Assembly (NCBI RefSeq): GCF_018350175.1
Contig: NC_058368.1
Coordinates: forward strand, 171,990,001 to 172,054,000
Direction of reading: 5' to 3'
DNA length: 64,000 bases
Source of the DNA: Felis catus
Taxonomy: Eukaryota
Part shown: positions 1 to 10,582 of the stretch, one piece after another
Position numbering within the stretch: the first letter of the stretch is position 1
Layout of the letters: each line of letters starts with the position of its first letter
Program-made: the position numbers and the translations under genes
The notes under the pieces: generated by a model
Told to the model about the DNA's origin: nothing
Seen by the model: only the letters and a program-made list of their open reading frames with translations
The model's database searches: none

Positions 1-1251
1 ATCATCGTTGGAATAAATGCCACACGTTTCTATTACCACCTGCTTCCTCCTTGTAGGAAATGATTATACTCTGGTTTCCGGAGGGAAAAAAAAGGGTTTT
101 TAATGATAGGCACTGCTACCTTGTTTAAACTAACTTGACTTTTCAAAATCTTAGCCAGCAGTTAGCAGAACTACTAACTGGGCTACTCCTTGCCCCTGTT
201 GCCATAGCAGACCCTATGTGATAGTTGCTGAGGAGGGTAATTTAAATTATTTTGAAATGTGGAGCTAGGTGATTGTTCTTGAACTCAGTCACTTCTCATG
301 GACACCAGAAGAAATTATTATTAAAATTCTCATTTATCTTCGTGGTTACCAACACTTTGCTGGATTCTCATGATAAGCAGCATAATATCTCTGAAACTGG
401 TTAATGAAGAAAATCATTATGGTCTAATTTACGTTAGAAGTATTCCACTAGTTTTGGAAGGATTACTCTTTTGTGTATGTGTTATCACACACTCTAAACC
501 TTTTATAACCTGCATTTTTGTGCACCCCATTTTTCATGTAACGGTTTTTCTTTGATTTCTAGGTTCATTTTGCACATGTGGTATTTATAATTGCATCATG
601 CTGAGCCATCTCATGTGAACTGGATCTCTAGTCGTGCCACAAGCAAGAACCGTACACTGAGTTCCCATCTTAGTGTAGCTGTGCCCTTGCTTTTCATGCT
701 GTTTATTTTACATTACACTCCAGCCCCCACTTTGTATTCCTACCACCCTCATCATTGTCATTCATCATTTATCTTAAAAGTCACAAAGTCATGAGACTCT
801 TAAACACAGAGAACCTAAATGGCCAAAAATGAGTGTTGTCTCCTTCAGAGTCATCACTTTGGGGGGCTGTGTACTTTGTGAGCTCAGGCCTGTCCTCCAG
901 CCATGCTTTTCTTCCCACAGGCCCTTGCAGTTGGCCCATCTGATTCTCTTTCCTTCCCCCACCCCCAGCCTCCCATGGAACTGAGTGTGGTCTTATGAGT
1001 TTGCCCCTCCTTACTACAATCTCAGCATTTGTGAAAATTTTACATTTGAGTGTTTTTTTAATGCTAGTAATTATGGGAAGGGGATAAAAATCATGAATAA
1101 ACAAGAAAACTAATCCAATTTTAAACTACTACAAAGGTTTTCCTGTAAATGTCCCTGTGTTCCAATGAACTGTAGATTAGGACTGACACATTGATCATCT
1201 GAATTTCAAAGTAAAACCTAGACTCAGTATTTGTTCCTCTTCCTTCTTCAG

Positions 1252-1305
1252 GTAGGAAGGCTACCCGGGGCATTTCATCACAGGAGCTAGGGCAGGGGCT
1301 TGCAG
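1252..1305 (+). CDS. APC: APC alternative cassette exon 10A (54 nt, frame-preserving; adds RKATRGISSQELGQGLA)
   Basis: Acceptor ttcctcttccttcttcAG (AG 1250-1251) and donor CAG|GTGAG. Length is 54 nt, open in phase 1. The peptide matches my recollection of the human exon-10A insert (GRKATRGISSQELGQGLS). Confidence 0.85.
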
Positions 1306-2759
1306 GTGAGGAGCAGGATGGGGCCTCTGGGGGTGTGACTGTTGGCACAGAGCCACAGGGGGTTACCTTCTTCTCATTCCTAGCCTCTAAATTTGTACGA
1401 AGCAAAAGAAAGATCAAGGTTTGTGGATTGTGCAGAGATGGAGTAATTAAGCACAAGGTAATCTGATAGTGAGGGATAAGGAGGAAAGAAGTTCCAAATA
1501 GATGAAGGGACATTCCAAAGCCCAGTCTGCTGGGACTGTCATTTGTACATAGAAGATTCTACAACTTACCCAGGTCATTTAGGTTTGCATCAATTAGTAT
1601 CACAGGTTTTAGACTATAGTATCAGTGATATATACATTGATTAAATGCCCACTCTTTCCTAGAAACCATGCCAGGCCCTGGAGGTAAAATGATGAAGATA
1701 TGGTTCTGACTTTCAAGGAACTCATGGCTTATTTGTATTAGTATTTCCAAAACTAGATCATAATAATCACCAGAGGTATTTGTCAAACCATACAGATTCC
1801 CTGGCCCTGTAGCAGGCTTAGTAAAGCAGTATCTCCAGAGGGGGTACCCAGGAATCATGTAATAAGTGACCCAGGTGATTCTCATGATAAGGAAATTTTG
1901 TGAAACACCAATATATAGAATATTTATGTTGAGTCCCTAATGTTTATTTTAGAATGAGACGTTTCATGCTAGTGGTGATATCTAAACCCAAGGAAAAGGA
2001 AAAAATACACCTTTTAAAACTAAGAATCATCTATTATCTTTTTTTAATATAAGTCTAAATTAAGGATTCTGTTGAATGGTTTCTTTTGAAACCATTGGTC
2101 CTCTATTAGCTTTAAGGTTATGAGGTACTACATTGGATTATATTTGGTCCATCTGGACCCCTTTTTTAAAACACAGACACTGAGCAGAATGTGAAAAAAA
2201 TTATGCTTATCATCTTTGCATTACCTTGAAAAAGCCTAAGTTTTCTTAGGGCATCTATTTTTTATTCTATCAGTCATGAATTCACGTCATATTTTTGTGA
2301 ATCCATTTATAGTTTTCACATATATATTCATTGCCTTAAAATTTACAGAAAATTTTTTTTTCATTTGCCTGAAATCATAAAAGATTCTCTCTTTTATCTG
2401 ATATCCTAAAATTTATTGAATGTTCCTTTTTCTTCATGGTGTTGCTGATATTGACAATATCCTTCTTTAATCATTGTTTTCAGAATCCAGTCCTGAGTTT
2501 TTTAATTTTTCCGTTCAAAAAAACTCTTTGTTCATTTAGTGCCTTCTTGAGACCTTCTTTATTAGATCATTTCACTTTCTTAAGAAAGTGTCACAGATAC
2601 TGATATAGCAGGCAGGATTTCATATAGTCACAAAGCATAGTATGTTTTGTTTTGGTATTGATAGCCTGCTCTGTAATGCTCGACATCTTGGTGATCTTAT
2701 CAGTATATAGGGCCACAGTCTTCAATTCATCAGTCACTCCCATTTCCATTTCCTGAGTC

Positions 2760-3725
2760 AGAACTCTCACTTCTTCTACTGGCTCCTTCTAGTAGTAAGC
2801 TCCTTAATACTTTACTCAAGTATTAAATGGTAGAAATTCCTCAGAGTTCTGGTGTAGGTTTTCTTCGTCTCTCCCTAGGCAGTATCTTCCAGTCCATGGC
2901 TTCATTTACAGTGTTTTTCAGATTTACATCTTAATCTGAGTTTGAGACACATTATCAAATCATTCATCTGACATCTTCATTTAGATGGTTTTTCAGACAT
3001 TTTTAACTCAACTGCCCCAACTGAATTTGTTATCTTCTTCATCCCCAAATCTCTGTCTCTTCCAGGGTTCTTTTTCCCAGAAAATGGCATGCCAGCCAGC
3101 CCAGTTGCTCAGGAGACAATCTCGGGAGACATCCATGACTGTCTCCTCCTTATCCCCTACGTTTAGTAACTGAGTACTTTCATTCTGCTTCTTAAATCTG
3201 TCTCATCACTGCTCTCCTTTTCGTCTCCAGTTCAAGCCACTGTCGTCTCTTCTGTTCTGCAGTTCTTTGTCTTATTTGTCTCCACACGTCCAATTGTAAT
3301 CCATTATGCACCTTGCAACCATAGGAGTCTGTTTAGAGCACACATTTAATTACTCCTCCTGTCTGAAATCCTTGGTGTGACATATAAAGTCTTGCATGAT
3401 GTCTCCACCCATTTTTATAGCCTCATCTTGTGACCTTCTCCTTGTTGCTAATTTAAGGTTCAGGGGCTTACTGTTTCATCTGCCTAAAATGCTTTTGTAT
3501 TATTCCTGTCCCACCCATTTTAGACACTCATTCATCCTTTAAGTCTTAAACTTTATTTCCTCAGCCTTTTTCTCGATCCTCCCAGTCTAGGTTAAATCCA
3601 CCTATTACCTTGACCTGTGCCTCTTCACAGTCCATTTTACCTTAATTAATTGTTCAGTGTCTGCCTTTCCTCTAATCTATAAGCTCCATAAAGATAGTGG
3701 CAGTATTTTGTTCACTGGTTATGTA
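2760..3725 (+). mobile_element. Old LINE-2 fragment
   Basis: Diverged C/T-rich sequence with L2-like blocks (tccagtccatggcttca; tataagctccat), judged by eye. Confidence 0.55.
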
Positions 3726-4972
3726 TTTTTCCATCATCATGGGTGGTTGGAGGAAAACCTTCCTAAATATGGTTTGGATTTTCCTTAACCAAATTAATTT
3801 TCACTTATCTATGTTCAAACTCATCTGTCATTACTGCTAGTCATAAAGATTTGCACCAGCCTTCCTACAGTTAATTCCCCTGGCTTGGAATTCTTGACTC
3901 CAGTTAGAACTTCTACAAACTTGCAGATTCCTCTACAGACTGACCCTTCTAAATCATTTACAAAAATACTAAATGTACAGGTCCTCTTTCAGATTAATAA
4001 CCTGACTGTTAAGACTTAGAATTTCCAAGAATTGCCTGTTTATATTCATCCTCCTTTTTTCTAAGCCACTTCTCTGTGACAAAACAACATCCCTAGTCCC
4101 ATGATGATTAACATTGATGATGAATAATATTTTGAATAGCCTCCATATGCATTTTTATTTTTATTCACCTGCTCACCATTTTGCTTTACCTTTTTTATTT
4201 TGTTCTGTTTTGTTACTACCCCTTCCTTTATGTCTTTCGCTTTCCTTTTCCTTCATTTTTCTCCTTGCCTTCCTAGTGTTGACCATTGTGGGTCGAGCAT
4301 ACCCAGTGGTGGGAATCACAGAGAAAAAAATACTCAATTCTAGTGTAGTTGAATGTATCAAAGAAAAAGTAAGAAATGTATCAAAGAAAAGTAAGAAAAA
4401 TTTTTAAATATATAAATATATATGTAGTTTTATAGAACTTATTAATAAGTTGAACAGATAATTCTTTTTCATAAAAAAAAAAAAAAGCTTTCCTTCATGC
4501 CGTTTTATTTAGAAATCTCAGGATTCCTAAGGATAATTCTTTGGCAAACCAAAAACATTAATTAGGCCATAGTGTATAACATTGAAGAATGTTTGTAAAG
4601 TTCTAATAATAAAAATAAGTTACCTTTTTCTGCCTTCATGCGGGAAGATCTAGTGTTAGAAAGTAGCCTTCTTCATCAATGAGAAGATACAGTGTGTGTG
4701 TAGTAAATAGAGTATAATTGCTCACTTCACTAATGAAAGGGTTTGAAGGGTGGAGAAAACTGGCAGAAAATGGAGTAATTATCATTTGTACTTTATGAGT
4801 GTATTTCACAAAAGTTCTTTATAACAGTTTTTGTAGCTTCTAGTTCTAAAGACATACTTAAACCATATATTCTCATTCTTTGAGATTTTTTCCTAGTAAT
4901 TAGTTTTTAAATTTGGTATTACTTGTTTTATTTTAGATTATTGTCTTTTTCCTCTTGCCCTTTTGAAATTAG

Positions 4973-5112
4973 GGGGACTACAGGCCATTGCAGAATTATT
5001 GCAGGTGGATTGTGAAATGTATGGGCTAACTAATGACCACTACAGTATTACATTAAGACGATATGCTGGAATGGCTTTGACAAACTTGACTTTTGGAGAT
5101 GTAGCCAACAAG
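4973..5112 (+). CDS. APC: APC exon 11 (classical numbering), armadillo region: GLQAIAELLQVDCEMYGLTNDHYSITLRRYAGMALTNLTFGDVANK
   Basis: AG at 4971-4972, GT at 5113-5114, 140 nt; translation recognised as APC. Confidence 0.97.
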
Positions 5113-5662
5113 GTATGTTTTAGAAGATCCGTTTCTTAAGATCTCTCTGGTATGAGTTAGTTTCATACAAACTACCTTTCACTAATTTTCTTTTTTTCCT
5201 TTCCTCATTAGACATTCACTAATAAAAAACCTGAACTTCACACACCACTGCATATTCTTACTCATTACGTTGTCTTACACCTAAACAAAGGCAAAACATG
5301 GAACACAGTAGTGGATTTATGTAATTGCATTTAAAATACTGTTCCTAGGAATGAGAGCAAAAATCTGAAAATCCTGATGACATATGCAAGTGTACACATA
5401 TATTGGTTCCGTCCAAATAAGAGACTTTACTTTAAAACCCTTTGCTTATTATTTCTTATCATTTATTCATTTTATTTCTCCAGTATACTAAGAACTGATA
5501 GCAAAAGACTTATGTAATCTGGTTTTACATCTTTTATGGGTAAAATATTAGGATGATTAAAATGAGACCGTTAAAACTGGATTTGAAGTTTATTAGACAA
5601 AAATAAAGCACAGCTTCATTTTGCCTTGTTACTGACCCTCTGTTCCATTTCTAATTTTACAG

Positions 5663-5740
5663 GCTACACTCTGCTCTATGAAAGGCTGCATGAGAGCACT
5701 TGTGGCCCAACTAAAATCTGAAAGTGAAGACTTACAGCAG
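5663..5740 (+). CDS. APC: APC exon 12: ATLCSMKGCMRALVAQLKSESEDLQQ
   Basis: ttttacAG acceptor, CAG|GTACTA donor, 78 nt, in frame with its neighbours. Confidence 0.97.
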
Positions 5741-5969
5741 GTACTAGTTAGAATCACAAATGTTTTTTGGGGGTATTTGTGGGTTAATATCATGATTTAG
5801 ATTAATTTAAGCTTTGGCTCAATATTTAGTGTCTCATGTTTCAATTATGGTTACATTAATACCAGAATAAAGGAAAATAATTATATTGTAGGAATTGCTT
5901 TTGGCACCATATTAGCATTTAGGAGGAATTTCTTTATTAGTAGATTTCTACTCTAAACAGTAGCATTAA

Positions 5970-6168
5970 GGGGCGCCTAGGTAGCTCAGGTGGTTAAGCA
6001 CCCGACTTCGGCTCAGGTCATGATCTTGTAGTTTGTGGGTTCAAGCCCCGCATTGGGCCCTGTGCTGACAGCTCAGAGCCTGGAGCCTACTTCAGATTCT
6101 GTGTCTTCCCTCTCTCTCTGCCCCTCCCCCACTTGCATTCTGTCTCTCTCTCAAAAATAAATATTTTT
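5970..6168 (+). mobile_element. Can-SINE (tRNA-derived carnivore SINE)
   Basis: GGGGCGCCT.GGT.GCTCAG head, (CT)n tract, AATAAA tail; AGCATTAA flanks at 5962 and 6486. Confidence 0.9.
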
Positions 6169-6186
6169 AAAAACTTTAAAAACAAA

Positions 6187-6419
6187 AGCAGTTAGAGTGG
6201 AAGAGAGCCAAAGCATAAGAGACTCTTAAAAACTGAGAACAAACTGAGCGTTGATGGGGGGTGGGAGGGAGGGGAGGGTGGGTGATGGGTATTGAGGAGG
6301 GCACCTTTTGGGATGAGCACTGGGTGTTGTATGGAAACCAATTTGACAATAAACTTCATACATTGAAAAAAATAAAATAAAAATAAATGAATAAATGAAT
6401 GAATGAATGAATGAATGAA

Positions 6420-6456
<37 letters not shown>
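6187..6456 (+). mobile_element. Very short L1 3'-end insertion (3'UTR plus (AATG)n/(AAAT)n tail) nested in a SINE tail
   Basis: 170 nt about 95% identical to the reverse complement of 10609-10778. TSD AAAAACTTTAAAAACAAA at 6169-6186 and 6457-6474. Confidence 0.9.
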
Positions 6457-6458
<2 letters not shown>

Positions 6459-6509
6459 AAACTTTAAAAACAAACCAAAAAAAAAAGCATTAAAAACAAA
6501 ACAACTATA

Positions 6510-6609
6510 GAGGCACCTGGGTGGCTCAGTTAGTTGAACATCCCGGCTCTTGAGGGTCATGGATCAAGCCCCAGGTTGGGCTCTGAGCTAAGCATGGAGC
6601 CTGCTTAAG

Positions 6610-6659
<50 letters not shown>

Positions 6660-6814
6660 TCTCCCTCTCTCCCTCTCTCCCTCTCTCCCCCTCTCCCCCT
6701 CTCCCCCTCTCCCCCTCTCCCCCTCTCCCCCTCTCCCCCTCTCCCCCTCTCTCTCCCCTCCCCCTTCCCGCCCCTCTCCCCCACTGGCACTCCTGCTCTC
6801 TCACTCTAAAAGAG
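6510..6814 (+). mobile_element. Can-SINE with an expanded ~170-nt C/T tract
   Basis: SINE head followed by a (CT)n/(CTCCC)n array at 6611-6785. Confidence 0.85.
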
Positions 6815-6871
6815 AACAAAACTATAAATTATTTTATATTCAAATTATTCTAAAATTGATTTCATTTGCAG

Positions 6872-6988
6872 GTTATTGCAAGTGTTTTGAGGAATTTGTC
6901 TTGGCGAGCAGATGTAAATAGTAAAAAGACATTGCGCGAAGTTGGAAGTGTGAAAGCATTAATGGAATGTGCTTTGGAAGTTAAAAAG
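6872..6988 (+). CDS. APC: APC exon 13: VIASVLRNLSWRADVNSKKTLREVGSVKALMECALEVKK
   Basis: tttgcAG acceptor, AAG|GTACCT donor, 117 nt; lies within ORF 6866..7072. Confidence 0.97.
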
Positions 6989-7167
6989 GTACCTTTGAAA
7001 ACATTTAATATTCTCATTCGGATTTTCATCTTTGGTTACTTTTTCCCATCCCTGAGATTCCTTAATTCGTGACCCGCTTATCTCATCAGTTCTTATTCTT
7101 AGACTGCTCTAAACTCCTACTAAAGTATTAAGATGGAAAAGATTGTACAAAGTGTCCTAGGGTAAAT

Positions 7168-7391
7168 CAGGGTTTTTCGGATTTGACACTGTTGGCATCT
7201 TGGACCTGATAATTGTTTGTTTTAAGGGACTGACCTGTGCCTTGTATGGTGTTTTGCAGCATATTTGGCCTTTGTCCATTAGATACCAATATACTTCCCC
7301 TCAGTCATGACAGTCAAAAATGTCTCCAGATATTACCAGATGTGCCCCAGAGGGGCAAAGGGAAAGAATCATCCCCAGTGGAGAATCACTG
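7168..7391. mobile_element. MER20-like hAT DNA transposon
   Basis: CAGGGTTTTTC...GAGAATCACTG termini and internal aaaaatgtctccagat motif. Confidence 0.75.
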
Positions 7392-7729
7392 TGTACGTAG
7401 TGTTAGTGTTACTCTGTGCTCTCCAGAGTCCTCAGTTTTGACAGTCACCCTATCAGGAGGTGAAAAGACCCAAGGGCAAGGAATTCCTCAAATAATAGTT
7501 TGTTTACAAAAGGAAATATCACCAGATGGCATATCTACTTCATAAACTAAGCTAATTTAAAAAGAAAAGCTTAAACTTGAAATCTGGGACTAAGCAGGCT
7601 TCCTTTCACCCAACCATTCCCCCTGGACCCACAGCCTACATTATTTTTCTTCAAAATGTCCTTTTCTGAGAAGATAAAGAATTTGGGGGTTTTGTTTATT
7701 TATTTGTGTATGTATTTTTGTGAAATTAT

Positions 7730-8640
7730 ACCAGGAAAACCCAAGAAAATCAACTGAAATATAATTAGAAATAAGAAAAGTATTCAATTAAAAAACTGGT
7801 TATAACAATAATATTCAAATATACTTAAGGTCTGCATACAAAATACCATTAAAACACTCTTGAAATAGCAGAACACTTGTATTTCTTACAGGGAGGAACA
7901 TATACAAATGGCCAAGAAGCACTTAAAAAGATACTCAACGTCATTAGTCCTGAGGAAAATATAAATTAAAACTAGTGAGATACCATTACATATATTATAT
8001 TGGTTAAAATGTAAAAGATTAACCAAGTGTTGTCTAGGATGTTAAGCAGCTGGAATTCTCATACACTGCTGGTGGGAATGTAAAATGGTATATACCACTT
8101 TGAAGAACATTTGGCAGTGTTTTAAAGTTAAACATAGACCAACCATACAACCCAGCCATTCAAGTTCTAAGTGTTTACCAAAGAGAAACAACCTCTGTTC
8201 ACACAAAATCTTAAACACAGATGTTGTCAGCAATTTTGATAGCCAAAAACTAGACATAACTCTAAAGTATATCAACAGGTGAATGGGTAAAGAAGTTATG
8301 GAATGTCCACAATGGAATACTATTTGGCTATTTAAAAAATGAACTATTGGGGTACCTGGGTGGCTCATTTGGTTAAGCATCCGACTTTGGCTCAGGTCAT
8401 GACCTCTTGGGCCCCGCGCTGGGCTCTGTGCTGACAGCTCAGAGCCTGGAGCCTGCTTCAGATTCTGTGTCTCCTTCTCTCTCTGTCCCTCCCCTGCTCG
8501 TGCTCTCTCACTCTCTCTCTCAAAAATAAACATTTTAAAAAATGTTTTTTAATGAGCCATTGACACATGCAATAATCTATAATGACAGAAACAGATCAGT
8601 AGTTGCTTGGGGCTGGCAGTGGATTACAATAAGATACTAG
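7730..8640 (+). mobile_element. Old L1M fragments (ORF2 end and 3'UTR), interrupted by a SINE
   Basis: L1 motifs such as ctcatacactgctggtgggaatgtaaaatggta. Confidence 0.7.
8349..8545 (+). mobile_element. Can-SINE
   Basis: Typical head, body and tail. Confidence 0.88.
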
Positions 8641-8820
8641 GAAATTTAGAGCATTGATATGTTTGTTATATACAACTTGCTGTTTTTATTTAATATTAAA
8701 TCTTAAACATCTTTCCATGTCAGTATATAGAGGGTTTTTTCTGGGTTTTGTTATCATGAAATGTCATCTTTTCAGAATGCACACCAATTCCGTCTCATAG
8801 TCTAATATGAGCTCTTGTCA

Positions 8821-9041
8821 GGGTTGCCCAGCTGGGTGACTTAGTCGGTAAAGCATCCGACTTCAGCTCAGGTCACGATCTCACAGTCCATGAATTCGAG
8901 CCCTGCGTCAGGCTCTGTGCTGTCAACTCAGAGCCTGGAGCCTGCTTCAGATTCTGTGTCCCCTTCTCTCTGCCTCTTACCTGCTCACACTCTGTTTCTC
9001 TGTCTCTCTCTCTCTCAAAAGTAAATAAGCGTTAAAAAATT
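8821..9041 (+). mobile_element. Can-SINE with TSD TAATATGAGCTCTTG
   Basis: TSD copies at 8803-8817 and 9042-9056. Confidence 0.9.
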
Positions 9042-9263
9042 TAATATGAGCTCTTGCAAAATATGTGTGTACCATCTAAACACATAGAATAAAGTTCATA
9101 AAGGTCATTAGTTTAGTATTGTGTTCTGCTTGTTCTATGGGGACATCACTTAAGTTCCATTTGGTATTTTATGAAAGTTGTCCTAAATGAAGAGTTCCTA
9201 ATACTTTGCCCATGAGGGGCAAGGAGCAGGGGAGTTGTGCAATAATAATAACAACTTACTCAA

Positions 9264-9450
9264 GGTGTGCTGGGGTGGCCCAGTCGGTTGAGTGTCCAAC
9301 TCTTGATTTCTGCTCAGGTCATGATCCCAGGGTCAGGGGATCAAGCCCCACGTCAGGCTCTGCATGGAGTGTGGAGCCTGCTTGGGATTCTCTCTTTCTC
9401 TCCTCTGCCCCTGTCCCCTGCTCACACTTTCTCTCTCTCTTTAAAAAAAT
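9264..9450 (+). mobile_element. Can-SINE ending ~85 nt before APC exon 14
   Basis: TSD TAACAACTTA at 9249-9258 and 9451-9460. Confidence 0.87.
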
Positions 9451-9535
9451 TAACAACTTAATAGAAATAAACACAGAAGTTGGAAGAGGCACATTCCAAC
9501 TCTAATTAGATGACACATGTTCTGTTTCTTAATAG

Positions 9536-9750
9536 GAATCAACCCTCAAAAGCGTATTGAGTGCCTTATGGAATTTGTCAGCACACTGCACTGAGAATAA
9601 AGCTGATATATGTGCTGTAGATGGTGCGCTTGCATTTCTGGTTGGCACTCTCACTTACCGAAGCCAGACAAATACTTTAGCCATTATTGAAAGTGGAGGT
9701 GGAATATTACGGAACGTGTCCAGCTTGATAGCTACAAATGAGGACCACAG
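9536..9750 (+). CDS. APC: APC exon 14: ESTLKSVLSALWNLSAHCTENKADICAVDGAL...SLIATNEDH(R)
   Basis: ttcttaatAG acceptor, CAG|GTAAGT donor, 215 nt; overlaps ORF 9557..9754. Confidence 0.97.
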
Positions 9751-10582
9751 GTAAGTTTTATATTACTTTCAAATGAATTAGTGTAGAATTCTTACCCTTA
9801 AAAAGACCCAGTTGTAAGTAGTGTTTTGTTTAATTGTGCAGGTTCTAAGCCGAATTGTATTTATTCTAACAAAAGTTTATAGTATCACAAAGATGTGTAC
9901 AAGTAAATAAATGACACTTAAAAGGTATAACCCATACGTAGGGAAAAAAAAGTTACAAATACTACAGAGAACAAAATCTCATTGTATATGTTAGTATGGC
10001 ATAAAGGAGTATAAGGTTTATAAAGAACAAAACTTAGGTGTATAATCCAGAGAACACAGTAGTTCATGTCTTTCTAACAGTGTCTTAATAATCATAATGT
10101 CATTTAACCAACAACCATTTATCTAACTAGGGCTGTGAAACCTAAGAAAGTACCTGAGATACAAGGCACACATTTTCAGAACTTAGGCTCTGTATTTTGT
10201 CAACAAAAATATGGGTATCTTTCACAGCATATTTATTTATTGCTTCCCATTTTCAGAAAGTCCAGGAGGTGCTTTTAGTAACAGTACTTGTAAAGAATGT
10301 GAACATCTTCTCTTTAGGTTTTTGATGCACAGACTAACAAGCCTTATAGCCCTTTCTGCTATGCAAAGAAGACCTCTTAAATTCAGTAAGCACTCAGCTG
10401 TTTGCTGGACTGCTGAGAGAACTGTCATGTTAAGGCTCACTGCACACCCTTGCCGATCAATTTTAAAGTCCTCTAAAGTTGAACATGCTGTCATTAAACT
10501 TCAGTTTACCGTGCATTAAACAAGCTATAGCTCTTTCAAGTCCCAAAGTTCTCAACCTTTGGGACTCTCAACCTTTGTTTTA

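Noticed and set aside
6526..6819. GE/RE-repeat ORFs
   Set aside because: Translation of the SINE C/T tract.
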